A stretch of 21,540 nucleotides of DNA from Candidatus Bathyarchaeia archaeon (GTDB taxonomy: Archaea; Thermoproteota; Bathyarchaeia; Bathyarchaeales; Bathycorpusculaceae), in the NCBI GenBank assembly GCA_038883795.1, contig JAVZLK010000026.1, positions 1-21,540 of the forward strand. The letters are read 5' to 3'. The notes under the pieces were generated by a model, which saw nothing but the letters and a program-made list of their open reading frames with translations, ran no database searches and had not been told where the DNA came from. Within the stretch, counting starts at the first letter, position 1. Every line of letters begins with the position of its first letter. Shown piece after piece: positions 1 to 9,187 of the stretch. A program made the translations under genes and the position numbers.

Positions 1-1
1 T

Positions 2-79
2 GGCTCATTTGATGGCTATGTAGACTTCGATAGTTCAAATCGTTATATTGTAGTTCAGTATATTCATCTGTCATGGTGA
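2..79 (+). CDS. 3' end of an upstream CDS (partial, runs off window)
   Basis: Open frame GSFDGYVDFDSSNRYIVVQYIHLSW* ends 1 nt before the ATG at 81, which is operon-like spacing. Confidence 0.4.
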   Translation, partial: GSFDGYVDFDSSNRYIVVQYIHLSW

Positions 80-80
80 G

Positions 81-440
81 ATGATGGTTAAAGAGTGGAG
101 GAAAGACGCACTCATCTATGCGGAGTTAGGTATGGGCTTCTATATAGTAAGTTTTGTAATGCTTTTTGTAGGTCTCGTTGGATTTCCCTTATTTTTCTTA
201 AGAAGCGATGAATTCATCAGAATAATAATGGCTATAATAGGAATCGTTTGCTCGTCTCCGCCACTACTTTTAGCATGGTTGACATATGATAAAATAGTAA
301 AAGTTCTTAGGGAGAACCGTGAACCCTCAACCAAATGGGCAAAAACACTAGAGTGGTTGGGATATTTTCTAGGACTTTTTATCGCTGGCCTAACGTTATA
401 TATTGCTAATAAGAAAATAGAATATAGCAAACCTACTTAA
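81..440 (+). CDS. Small hypothetical membrane protein (~3 TM helices)
   Basis: Three hydrophobic segments (LGMGFYIVSFVMLFVGLVGFPLFFL, IIMAIIGIVCSSPPLLLAWL, LGYFLGLFIAGLTLYIA); GGTGA just upstream. Confidence 0.7.
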   Translation: MMVKEWRKDALIYAELGMGFYIVSFVMLFVGLVGFPLFFLRSDEFIRIIMAIIGIVCSSPPLLLAWLTYDKIVKVLRENREPSTKWAKTLEWLGYFLGLFIAGLTLYIANKKIEYSKPT

Positions 441-858
441 GCCCCCTAAAAGACTGCGGTGTTGACCCATAGACTGCACTAGCACTCACCACTCTTTAGC
501 TAAAAAACTGCCATGCTAAAATGGCCGGAAAATCGCCATCAAAAGTCGTCAAACACCTTTATGGAATATTTTCTTCTTGGCATATTTTTTACTTTGGAGA
601 AAGGAGTCCCGATCCAAAATATTAATGAAGATCCTTAATAAATACCGCCAATCTTCCGCCTCTGTTAGTGTCTCTTAACGGAAATGTTTTTGAATTTTAA
701 TGGTGTAGGTTTCATTGAAATTGAAAATTGAGAATTTGCTTTAGTTTATGATTAGCGCGATTCCATTAATGTTTTCTTTCAGAATGAATGTTTTAACATT
801 TTTATGAATGGTGTAAAGATGGCCTTATAAAAGCAACAGTGTTTGAAGATGTGCAATT

Positions 859-1305
859 TTAGGGGGTGATTAGCATTTTCTCCCAGACCACGCTTACGGA
901 AATATCAAATCTGTTTACTGAAATGTTGAGTTCTTCTAGGGCTTTTCTGAGGTTGTATATGCATGTTCCAACATCGTCTTTGTCACATAATATTGTTACT
1001 ATCACATCGTGGTGTCCATAGGTTCTCCATAAAAACTTAATTTGATGCTGAACTTTTAAAAACGAAATAGCTTTATCAACGTCCCTCGGGTTTAAATTCA
1101 TGCCTATAACTACGGCTGAAAATCCAATTTTGCTGAAATCCGGAATAGCCGTAATCCTCCTTTTTATAATGCCCTTCTCCTCAAGTTTGGCTATCCTACG
1201 ATAAACAGTATTCCGGCCAACCCCACAGCGTTTTGCCAAATCCTCGTAAGAATACAATCCCTCACACATAGACCTCAAGATTTTCATATCAAGCTGGTCT
1301 AACAC
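859..1305 (-). CDS. Lrp/AsnC family transcriptional regulator
   Basis: N-terminal HTH LDQLDMKIL...SYEDLAKRCGVGRNTVYRRIAKLEEKGIIK, linker PDFSKIG, RAM-domain YGHHD. GGAGGTGA RBS upstream; divergent from the operon. Confidence 0.93.
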   Translation of the reverse strand: MLDQLDMKILRSMCEGLYSYEDLAKRCGVGRNTVYRRIAKLEEKGIIKRRITAIPDFSKIGFSAVVIGMNLNPRDVDKAISFLKVQHQIKFLWRTYGHHDVIVTILCDKDDVGTCIYNLRKALEELNISVNRFDISVSVVWEKMLITP

Positions 1306-1384
1306 CCCATATGTTTCACCTCCTTTTTATAGTATATACTTCATGCTCTATCTATATACTTTCTTCCATAAATATTTACCGCTC

Positions 1385-1436
1385 GATGGTGACAAATGTT
1401 CACGAAACAACGTCAAACAGAACTTTCTTCACCATC
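1385..1436. promoter_or_regulatory. Imperfect inverted repeat in the divergent promoter; candidate operator
   Basis: GATGGTGACAAATGTTC (1385-1401) vs reverse complement of 1420-1436 (GATGGTGAAGAAAGTTC): 14/17 match, 18-nt spacer. Confidence 0.5.
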
Positions 1437-1477
1437 AGTTAATGATAACCAAATCGACTGCCTTTTAACATCTTGAG

Positions 1478-1708
1478 GTGATGGAAATGGCGCAACAATT
1501 AGTGGTAATTGAAAAGGAACCAGAACCGGAAGACGAAATAGTAGGGCTGAGAAAATTGATGTGCGCAAACGAACATCCCCACAAGGTCTGTGTAGTCAGA
1601 TATGGAGACGGTTCAGTATGGGTTTTCTGCCCATACTTCGGCCGCGTAGGATCAGAATTAGGATGCAAAATCAGGCAAGCCCGCTGCAGATACTTCAAGG
1701 CTATCTAA
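1478..1708 (+). CDS. Small Cys/His-rich protein, putative metal-binding; first gene of the operon
   Basis: GAGGTG RBS at 1475-1480 (true start probably ATG 1487). Five Cys and two His: CANEHPHKVC...FCPYF...GCKIRQARC. Confidence 0.65.
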   Translation: MMEMAQQLVVIEKEPEPEDEIVGLRKLMCANEHPHKVCVVRYGDGSVWVFCPYFGRVGSELGCKIRQARCRYFKAI

Positions 1709-1761
1709 AAAGGCGTTTCCTTTCTACACTTTCAAGCATATGAGATCTTAGGGGGAAGTAA

Positions 1762-3198
1762 ATGAAGCAAAATGAAAGAACTAAATTTAATATTCTTTTA
1801 CGAGTGGTCGTACCCGTGATTATTGCTTTAGTGATATGGATCCTACCAACGCCCAATGGACTTTCCTCTAACGCATGGCATGTTTTCGCTATTTTCGTAG
1901 CAGTGATAGTTGCAATGATAACCAGACCTATTCAAGACATCGAATCGATAGCGGTGCTGTGTGGTCTTACAGCCGTTGGAGTCTTTAGTCTTGCAAGTGT
2001 GAGCGATATATTCTCGGGATACGGGAGTTCAACCCCCTGGCTAATATTATCTGCTTTCCTCATTTGTGTTGCGTTTCTCAAATCAGGGTTTGCGGTAAGG
2101 CTCGCATATTTGCTTATTAGAGCATTAGGCAAGAATATCCTTGGGGTGACCTACGCTCTCGGCATTGCAGATTTCATAGTTGGTCCTGCAACCCCCTCTA
2201 CAACAGCTCGTTCAGCAGGAATAATTCTTCCCATCGCAAGCGGTGTGATGAAAGCTTATGGCTCAGAACCTCTGCCTTCTCCAACGGCGAATAGGATAGG
2301 CCGTTATTTATGTTTGACTCTTCCCCACATAACTATGATGACCAGCGCCGCGTTTATAACAGCTATGATAGCGAACCCGCTGGTTGTTAGTTTTGCCAAG
2401 CAAATACTCGGAGTAGAGATATCTTGGACGCTGTGGACAATTGCCATATTGCCGATTGCAATCATCGGTATAATAGTAATCCCAATAGTTTACCTCTACA
2501 TTGTCAAGCCAGAGCTGCGAAAAACTCCTGAGGCCCCACTTGAAGCTCAAAAGAAACTTAAGGAGATGGGGTCTATGTCTAGATCTGAAAAAGTTTGCTT
2601 ATTTACCTTTGTACTTGCAATAGTCTTGTGGGCTACTGGACAGTTACACGGAATTGATGCAACAATTATTGGCTTCCTAGCAGGAATTATACTCATAGCA
2701 GGAGGGGCTATTACATGGGATGACATTGTAAAAACAAAGGCTGCATGGAATACTGTTTTCTGGCTTGCGGGAATGACTTCGTTGGCTGGTATCTTAAATA
2801 AATTAGGATTCTTTAAGTGGGTAGCTAATGGTATCGTAGGAATGATGGGAGGAGCATCTGCTACGGCAATGTTTATTGTTTTCGTTCTCGTAGTAGCTTT
2901 TACAGGCTACGGTTTTGCTTCTTTAACAGCCAGAGTAAGTGCAATAATTCCAGCGTTCTTAGGAGCTGCATCTTTAACTACGCTAAATCCTGTTGGATTT
3001 ACTCTCGCTATGGGTTATGCCATAAGCTTCGGGGGAATATTAACACATTACTCAGCAGCTTCTAGCCCTCCGTGGTTCGGATTGGGATACATGACGTTTA
3101 CTGATTGGTTGAAAAACGCGTTTATCATGGAGATAATATTGATTGCGATATTAATAGGCATAGGGATACCATACTGGTCAGCATTAGGGCTCTGGTAG
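1762..3198 (+). CDS. DASS family (divalent anion:Na+ symporter/antiporter, CitT/TtdT-like) di/tricarboxylate transporter
   Basis: 478 aa, strongly hydrophobic; motifs PTPNGLSSNAW, PSTTARSAGIILPI, TAMIANP, ISWTLW, FASLTA, LTHY. Confidence 0.92.
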   Translation: MKQNERTKFNILLRVVVPVIIALVIWILPTPNGLSSNAWHVFAIFVAVIVAMITRPIQDIESIAVLCGLTAVGVFSLASVSDIFSGYGSSTPWLILSAFLICVAFLKSGFAVRLAYLLIRALGKNILGVTYALGIADFIVGPATPSTTARSAGIILPIASGVMKAYGSEPLPSPTANRIGRYLCLTLPHITMMTSAAFITAMIANPLVVSFAKQILGVEISWTLWTIAILPIAIIGIIVIPIVYLYIVKPELRKTPEAPLEAQKKLKEMGSMSRSEKVCLFTFVLAIVLWATGQLHGIDATIIGFLAGIILIAGGAITWDDIVKTKAAWNTVFWLAGMTSLAGILNKLGFFKWVANGIVGMMGGASATAMFIVFVLVVAFTGYGFASLTARVSAIIPAFLGAASLTTLNPVGFTLAMGYAISFGGILTHYSAASSPPWFGLGYMTFTDWLKNAFIMEIILIAILIGIGIPYWSALGLW

Positions 3199-3208
3199 GG
3201 ATGCTCAA

Positions 3209-4549
3209 ATGGTGAATAAAATAACTAATCATTTGGCGAATTTCGTTGAGAAAACTGCATTTAGGGACTTACCGAAGGGTGTCATAGAACATGCAAAGCT
3301 TTGCGTCCTTGATTGGCTAGGTGCGGCATTAGCTGGTTGCCAAGAAACTCCAGCTAGAATAGTTGTTTCAATTATAGAAAAGATGGGTGGAAAAGCAGAA
3401 TCTTCCATTATTGGTGCACCCCTAAGAACTTCCTGTGTAAACGCCGCGTTGGCTAATGGCATAATTGGACACATAGTTGAAATGGACGATATACACCAAG
3501 AGGCTATAATTCATCCAGCAGCACCAGTCTTGCCAGCAGCATTAGCTATTGCAGAAAGGAATGATATGAATGGAAAGGATCTGATAACTGCTGTTGTTTT
3601 AGGCTACGAAATCGAAATAAGGATTGGAAGAGCTATAAATCCATCTCACTATCAATTCTGGCACACAACTGGAACATGTGGTACTTTTGGAGCTGTTGCC
3701 GCGGCAGGAAAGCTTCTAGGTTTAGACCAGAAAGGTATAATTCATGCTTTCGGAATAGCTGGGACGACAGCAGCAGGCTTAGTTGAAGTCTTTGGAACTA
3801 TGAGCAAGCCTCTTAACGCAGGGAGAGCCGCAATGGATGGTGTACTAGCGGCAATGCTGGCTAGAGAGGGGTTCACTAGTTCAACTAAAATACTTGATTC
3901 GGAGATGGGATATCTCCAAGCCACCGCTAGAGAGTTCAACGTCCAAAAGATTGCTGAGAACCTCGGGAATAGTTTTGAGATAGTAAATAACATATTTAAG
4001 TACCATGCTTCATGTGGCCATACGCATGGAGCAGTAGATGCTGTACTGGAAATTGCCAAAACATATGATGTTAAAGCTGAGGATGTAAGTGAAGTTTTGG
4101 TAGGGACGTATCCAATTGCAGCAAACACCGTAGGCAAAAACTACGAGCCTAAAACTTCATCTGAAGCAAAATTCAGCCTTCCCTACTGCATCGCGGCTGC
4201 ATTAATTTACAGGAAAGTGGGTCTAGGAGAGTTCTCCGACGAAAAACTTAGTGATCCAGAGATAAAGACGCTTTCAAAAAGGGTAAAAGTTTTCGTCGAC
4301 GAGAAATTTATAAATGCTCGCTTGGGCTGTGCAGAGGTAAAAATACGCACTAAAAGCGGAAAGGAGTACTCTTACTGCGTGAGTGCTCCCAAAGGCTATC
4401 CTGAAAACCCCCTTACAAAGCCAGAACTGGAAATGAAGTTCAAGACTTTAGCATCTTCTGCCTTGCCAGAAAATCGAATCACGGAAATATTGGAAATAGT
4501 AAACGGCTTAGAAGAAATAGATAATGTAAAAAACTTTGTGATCTATTAA
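3209..4549 (+). CDS. MmgE/PrpD family protein (IDS-epimerase-like; substrate unknown)
   Basis: AALANGIIGHIVEMDDIH...IHP, WHTTGTCG, KPLNAGRAA, KYHASCGHTH, AKFSLPY, PKGYPENP. Confidence 0.92.
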   Translation: MVNKITNHLANFVEKTAFRDLPKGVIEHAKLCVLDWLGAALAGCQETPARIVVSIIEKMGGKAESSIIGAPLRTSCVNAALANGIIGHIVEMDDIHQEAIIHPAAPVLPAALAIAERNDMNGKDLITAVVLGYEIEIRIGRAINPSHYQFWHTTGTCGTFGAVAAAGKLLGLDQKGIIHAFGIAGTTAAGLVEVFGTMSKPLNAGRAAMDGVLAAMLAREGFTSSTKILDSEMGYLQATAREFNVQKIAENLGNSFEIVNNIFKYHASCGHTHGAVDAVLEIAKTYDVKAEDVSEVLVGTYPIAANTVGKNYEPKTSSEAKFSLPYCIAAALIYRKVGLGEFSDEKLSDPEIKTLSKRVKVFVDEKFINARLGCAEVKIRTKSGKEYSYCVSAPKGYPENPLTKPELEMKFKTLASSALPENRITEILEIVNGLEEIDNVKNFVIY

Positions 4550-4577
4550 GACGTAAGGAGTGAGGTGAAAATAGACT

Positions 4578-5192
4578 TTGAAAGAAGTAAGTTTGACTAC
4601 ACCCTTGAGGAAGGAGGACGTTGCAGATCTAAAAGTTGGAGATGTTGTTTATTTGAGTGGAGCAATATACACAGCTAGAGACATGGCTCACATCAGAATC
4701 ATGGAGTATCTAAGAGAGGGAAAGCAGCTCCCCGTAGACCTAACAGGGGCAGCGATATTCCATGCTGGTCCTGTTGTAAGGAGGAAAAACGAAGAATGGG
4801 AGGTCATTGTTATCGGGCCTACGACAAGCACGCGAATGGAACCGTTCTCAGAAACATTACTTGGGAAACTTGGAGTAAAGGCAATAATAGGTAAAGGTGG
4901 AATGAATAAAGGCACCCAAGATGCATTAGAAAAGTATTGTGGTGTTTATCTTCTGGCTCCGCCTGGATGTGCAGCAATACAAGCGAAGTTCGTACAAAAA
5001 GTGGAGGCGGTTCACTGGTTGGATCTGGGTATGCCCGAAGCAATATGGGTTATAGAAGTGAAGAACTGGGGACCACTGGTGGTAGCGATGGATTCTCATG
5101 GAGGGAACCTTTTCAAAGAAATAAAAGAAAAAGCTGTGGCAAGGATGCGTGAAATCTTAAAAGCGGAGGTTCCTGATGAAAACATTAAATGA
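4578..5192 (+). CDS. Fe-S hydro-lyase, tartrate/fumarate subfamily, beta subunit (class I fumarase C-terminal / TtdB-like)
   Basis: LKVGDVVYLSG, TARDMAH, HAGP, GPTTSTRM, IGKGGM, DLGMPEA, MDSHGGNL; GAGGTGA RBS. Confidence 0.93.
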   Translation: MKEVSLTTPLRKEDVADLKVGDVVYLSGAIYTARDMAHIRIMEYLREGKQLPVDLTGAAIFHAGPVVRRKNEEWEVIVIGPTTSTRMEPFSETLLGKLGVKAIIGKGGMNKGTQDALEKYCGVYLLAPPGCAAIQAKFVQKVEAVHWLDLGMPEAIWVIEVKNWGPLVVAMDSHGGNLFKEIKEKAVARMREILKAEVPDENIK

Positions 5193-6096
5193 AAAAACTA
5201 TATATGAAATTGCCTTAGAGCTTGTAAAGAGAAGTTGCACGGGAATAGCTCCAGATGCCCTAGTACTGCTGAGAAGAGCTCATCAGAGCGAGAGAAGCTT
5301 GGCCGCGAGAAAAATGTTGGAAACCATGATACATAACGCAGAGCTCGCCACTAAAACAGGTAAACCTATGTGCCAATCACCAGGTTATCCCGTTGTCTAT
5401 GTAAGAACTGGTTGTGATATAAAAATAAATGCAGATATTCAGAAAACGTTTCAGAGGGCAATAGTTGAATCTACAAAGAAAGGCTACCTTCGACCGAGCA
5501 TAGTGCACCCAATAACCAGAAAAAACCCGGGAGACAACTCAGGAGTGGGTATACCCGACGTAGAAATAGAACTAGATCCCAACTTAAACTACATGGACTT
5601 TACAATAAGTTTCAAAGGATGTGGCTCAGAAGTGGCCAACGTGTTGAAAGTTCTTACCCCAGTGCAAGTAGGCAGAGACGGCATTGGAATTAAAAAACTT
5701 GTTCTCGAAAGCACAATTGCCGCTGGAGGAATCCCTTGTCCGCCGGTAGCTATCGGAATAGGAATTGGTGGGCAAATGCATTACGCCGCAAAGCTTAGCA
5801 GAAGAGCCGTTAGTGTACGAGAGTGGACCGACACAAACCCAAATGAAGAATTAGCCAGATTAGAGAACGACCTACTCTTGGCTGTTAACTCCTTAGGAAT
5901 AGGTCCAGCTGGTGTTGGTGGCAATACAACCGCACTTACTGTAAAAGTAGAGATGGCTGATACACATACAGCAATATGCCCGGTAGCAATAAATTTCCAC
6001 TGCTGGACTGCAAGGCGCAGCGGAGCGAGAATATACCCCGATGGAAGCGTGAAATTTAAAGAAGATATGTACCCACTTAAAAAAGAGGTTGTGTGA
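5176..6096 (+). CDS. Fe-S hydro-lyase, tartrate/fumarate subfamily, alpha subunit (class I fumarase N-terminal / TtdA-like)
   Basis: Three cluster Cys in PMCQSPG, PCPP-x3-GIGIGG and CW; also LRPSIVHP, DNSG, KGCGSE, GIGPAGVGG. Confidence 0.92.
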   Translation: MKTLNEKTIYEIALELVKRSCTGIAPDALVLLRRAHQSERSLAARKMLETMIHNAELATKTGKPMCQSPGYPVVYVRTGCDIKINADIQKTFQRAIVESTKKGYLRPSIVHPITRKNPGDNSGVGIPDVEIELDPNLNYMDFTISFKGCGSEVANVLKVLTPVQVGRDGIGIKKLVLESTIAAGGIPCPPVAIGIGIGGQMHYAAKLSRRAVSVREWTDTNPNEELARLENDLLLAVNSLGIGPAGVGGNTTALTVKVEMADTHTAICPVAINFHCWTARRSGARIYPDGSVKFKEDMYPLKKEVV

Positions 6097-7460
6097 ATTT
6101 GGCATTTATAAAAACCCCTTGCCATCCCGTAGATTGGGTTCTTTTTAAACACAATTTAGCATCCCCTGACATGAGAGATGTATTTAATGAAAGAAACTTT
6201 ATTGAAAAAATACTCAAGGTTGAAGTGGCTTTAGCGGAGGCTGAAGCGGAGCTAGGAATAATACCCGAAAAAGCGGCAAGAGAGATAGCTAAAAAAGCGT
6301 CAATAGAATACATCGACTTAGAGAAAGTTGAGCAAAGGGTTCAAAAAACAGGTCATTTCTTGGTGGCGATTATTGAATCATGGAGGGAAAAGATAGGAGA
6401 AACTGGTGAATTCTTACATTGGGGAGCAACAACACAGGATATCTCTGATACCGCGATGATATTACTTATTAAAGATGCATGCGACCTGATCTTAAGGGAT
6501 CTGTTCGAAATAAAAGGCTTTCTTGTCGACTTGGCAAAAAAGTATAAAGACACCCCAATGGCTGGTAGAACACATTGTGTACACGCCGTTCCCATGACAT
6601 TTGGATTAAAAGTGGGTGTATGGCTCGATGAGATATCACGGCATATAGAACGGCTTAAAGAGATTCAAAAAAGACTTTTTGTTGGCAATATAACTGGCGC
6701 AGTAGGCACATTTGCAAGTTTTGGTCCCAAGGGACCAGAAATACAGAAGTTAACACTAAGGAAGTTAGGTCTCGAAGTTCCAGCTATATGCTGGCATGCC
6801 GCACGCGATAGACTAGCCGAATTTTTAAACCTTTTAGCGATAATAGCATCCACGCTAAGCAAAATTGCAAATCAAGTATTAATTTTAATGAGACCAGAAA
6901 TACTTGAAATTGAGGAACCAATTCCGCCCGGCCATGTCGGAAGCAGCACTATGCCCCAGAAAAGAAACCCATTTTTAAGCGAAACAAGTGTTGCTTTAGC
7001 GAGAATAATACGAGCACATGCCCATATAATGACAGAATCTATGGAGACACTTGATGAGAGAAACTTTAGCACATGGTTTGTGGAATTTGTGATAATACCT
7101 GAATGCTGTCTCTTTCTTAGTATAATACTCAAAAATCTTAAAACCATTCTACAGAAGTTGGAAGTCCACCCAGAGAACATGAGAAGAAACTTGGAGATAT
7201 CTGAAGGATTAATAAATGCCGAAGCGGTGATGATGGCTTTAGCACCAAAAATCGGGCGACAAAAGGCGCACCACATAGTCTATGATTGCGCTATGAAGGC
7301 TCAAAAGGAGAAAAAACCATTTAGAGATGTCCTATTAGAAAACGAGACTATTACAAAGCATATAAGTAAGAGAGATCTTGAGAAACTGCTAGATCCAGCA
7401 AGCTATATCGGTCTGTCATCGGATATAGTCAAACAACTTACTTCCTCGGAAAACATGTAA
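6093..7460 (+). CDS. Aspartase/fumarase-superfamily lyase (adenylosuccinate-lyase/PcaB-like, fumarate-releasing C-N or C-S lyase)
   Basis: Signature GSSTMPQKRNP; HWGATTQDI, AGRTH, GAVGTFAS; C-terminal LLDPASYIG. Overlaps the upstream stop (GTGA). Confidence 0.88.
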   Translation: MNLAFIKTPCHPVDWVLFKHNLASPDMRDVFNERNFIEKILKVEVALAEAEAELGIIPEKAAREIAKKASIEYIDLEKVEQRVQKTGHFLVAIIESWREKIGETGEFLHWGATTQDISDTAMILLIKDACDLILRDLFEIKGFLVDLAKKYKDTPMAGRTHCVHAVPMTFGLKVGVWLDEISRHIERLKEIQKRLFVGNITGAVGTFASFGPKGPEIQKLTLRKLGLEVPAICWHAARDRLAEFLNLLAIIASTLSKIANQVLILMRPEILEIEEPIPPGHVGSSTMPQKRNPFLSETSVALARIIRAHAHIMTESMETLDERNFSTWFVEFVIIPECCLFLSIILKNLKTILQKLEVHPENMRRNLEISEGLINAEAVMMALAPKIGRQKAHHIVYDCAMKAQKEKKPFRDVLLENETITKHISKRDLEKLLDPASYIGLSSDIVKQLTSSENM

Positions 7461-7471
7461 GGTAAAGTGTT

Positions 7472-9172
7472 ATGGAAAAAGCCACTCATGACATAGTTAT
7501 TGTTGGCGCTGGCTTGGCTGGTTTAAGAGCTGCTGTTTCAGCTGCGGAATACAGCGACAAACTGGACATAGCCATCATTTCTAAGCTTCATCCACTGAGG
7601 TCGCATTCCGTTTGCGCTCAAGGTGGAACCGCTGCGGTAATGCGTGAAAAAGACTCCTTTGACTTGCATGCCTTTGACACCGTGAAGGGCGCCGACTACC
7701 TAGCGGACCAAGATGTTGTGGAATTCTTTGTTAGGCAAGCTCCCAAAGAAATTATCTTGATGGAGCATTGGGGTTGCCCATGGAGCCGCACATCAGACGG
7801 GAAATTAGACCAGCGGCCCTTCGGCGGCCACACATATCCAAGGGCTTGCTTTGCAGCGGACATGACGGGCTTTCATGAGATGCACACGCTTTACGGCAAG
7901 GCGGTAACCTATCCAAACGTGAAGTTTTACGACGAATGGTTCGCCACATCGCTTATCGTTGAAGACAACACGGTGTTGGGCTTAACAGCCATAGAACTTA
8001 AAACAGGCGAAATGCATGCCTTCCAAGCCAAAGCCGTTGTTATGGCGACAGGCGGCCATGAACGCATATACGAGTTCACAACGTTCTCCCACACGACGAC
8101 AGGCGACGGTATGGCCATGGCTTACAGGGCAGGCGCACCCCTAGAAGACATGGAGTTCGTCCAATTCCACCCAACGGGACTCGTGCCATCCGGCGTTTTA
8201 ATAACCGAAGGCGCCCGAGGCGAAGGCGGCTACTTGATAAATGCTCAAGATGAACGCTTCATGAAACGCTATGCGCCAGCAATGATGGAGTTGGCGCCCC
8301 GAGACGTGGTTGCAAGGGCTGAACAAACCGAAATCCTCGAGGGAAGAGCCTTCCAAGGACCTTATGGGCCTTACATCACCCTAGACCTTAGGCATCTGGG
8401 CGAAGAGAAAATCAACGAGAGGCTGCCTTTGATACGGGAAGTAGCCATAAAACTTGCCGGAGTGGACCCGGTTAAGGAGCTTATTCCCATTCGGCCAGCG
8501 GCTCACTACTCCATGGGCGGGATTAAAGCCAACATCCGAACTGAGACTCTTATCAGAGGTTTGTATGCGGCTGGCGAATGCTCATGTTTAAGCTTGCATG
8601 GCGCCAACAGGCTTGGAACAAACTCTACGGCTGAATGTCTCGTTTTCGGGGCTGTTGCCGGCGAGGAGGCAGCCAAATGCGCCTTGTCCGCAAGCTTCCG
8701 CAAATTTCCAATGGAAAAGGCTTTAGCTGAAGAAAAACGGGTTTTTGACGGAATCCTCGGCAGCGAGGGTGGCGAAAAAGTTCCCCAACTTAGGGATGAA
8801 CTGCGAAGGCTCATGAACACTAAGGTTTGGATTTTCCGCAACGGCGAAGAATTGAAAAGCGCCCTCAAAGAGATTAGAGCGCTTAAAGAACGGTTTAAAC
8901 GCATAAAGGTTGAGGATAAAGGGAAAACCTTTAACACAGGCTTTGTGGCTGCCCTTCAGCTCGATTTCATGTTGGATTTGGCTGAAGTCACAACCATATG
9001 CGCTCTCGCAAGAACCGAGTCCCGCGGTGCCCACACGAGGCTTGACTATCCAAAAAGGGACGACGAGGAATGGCTTGTCCACACGTTAGCCTACTACACC
9101 GTGGATGGCCCGAGGCTTGACTATATCCCGGTGACAATCACGAAGTGGCAGCCAGCTGCAAGAAAGTATTAG
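7472..9172 (+). CDS. sdhA: Succinate dehydrogenase/fumarate reductase flavoprotein subunit (SdhA/FrdA/TfrA-like)
   Basis: [16 protein letters not shown] (covalent-FAD His), [43 protein letters not shown]. Confidence 0.95.
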   Translation: MEKATHDIVIVGAGLAGLRAAVSAAEYSDKLDIAIISKLHPLRSHSVCAQGGTAAVMREKDSFDLHAFDTVKGADYLADQDVVEFFVRQAPKEIILMEHWGCPWSRTSDGKLDQRPFGGHTYPRACFAADMTGFHEMHTLYGKAVTYPNVKFYDEWFATSLIVEDNTVLGLTAIELKTGEMHAFQAKAVVMATGGHERIYEFTTFSHTTTGDGMAMAYRAGAPLEDMEFVQFHPTGLVPSGVLITEGARGEGGYLINAQDERFMKRYAPAMMELAPRDVVARAEQTEILEGRAFQGPYGPYITLDLRHLGEEKINERLPLIREVAIKLAGVDPVKELIPIRPAAHYSMGGIKANIRTETLIRGLYAAGECSCLSLHGANRLGTNSTAECLVFGAVAGEEAAKCALSASFRKFPMEKALAEEKRVFDGILGSEGGEKVPQLRDELRRLMNTKVWIFRNGEELKSALKEIRALKERFKRIKVEDKGKTFNTGFVAALQLDFMLDLAEVTTICALARTESRGAHTRLDYPKRDDEEWLVHTLAYYTVDGPRLDYIPVTITKWQPAARKY

Positions 9173-9187
9173 GAGGGGATACGCCTC

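Noticed and set aside
3209-4549. Assigning prpD (2-methylcitrate dehydratase)
   Set aside because: No prpB/prpC nearby, and the family is multifunctional.
6093-7460. Assigning purB or pcaB
   Set aside because: The superfamily is clear, but the context has no purine or aromatic-degradation genes; specificity cannot be read from the motifs.
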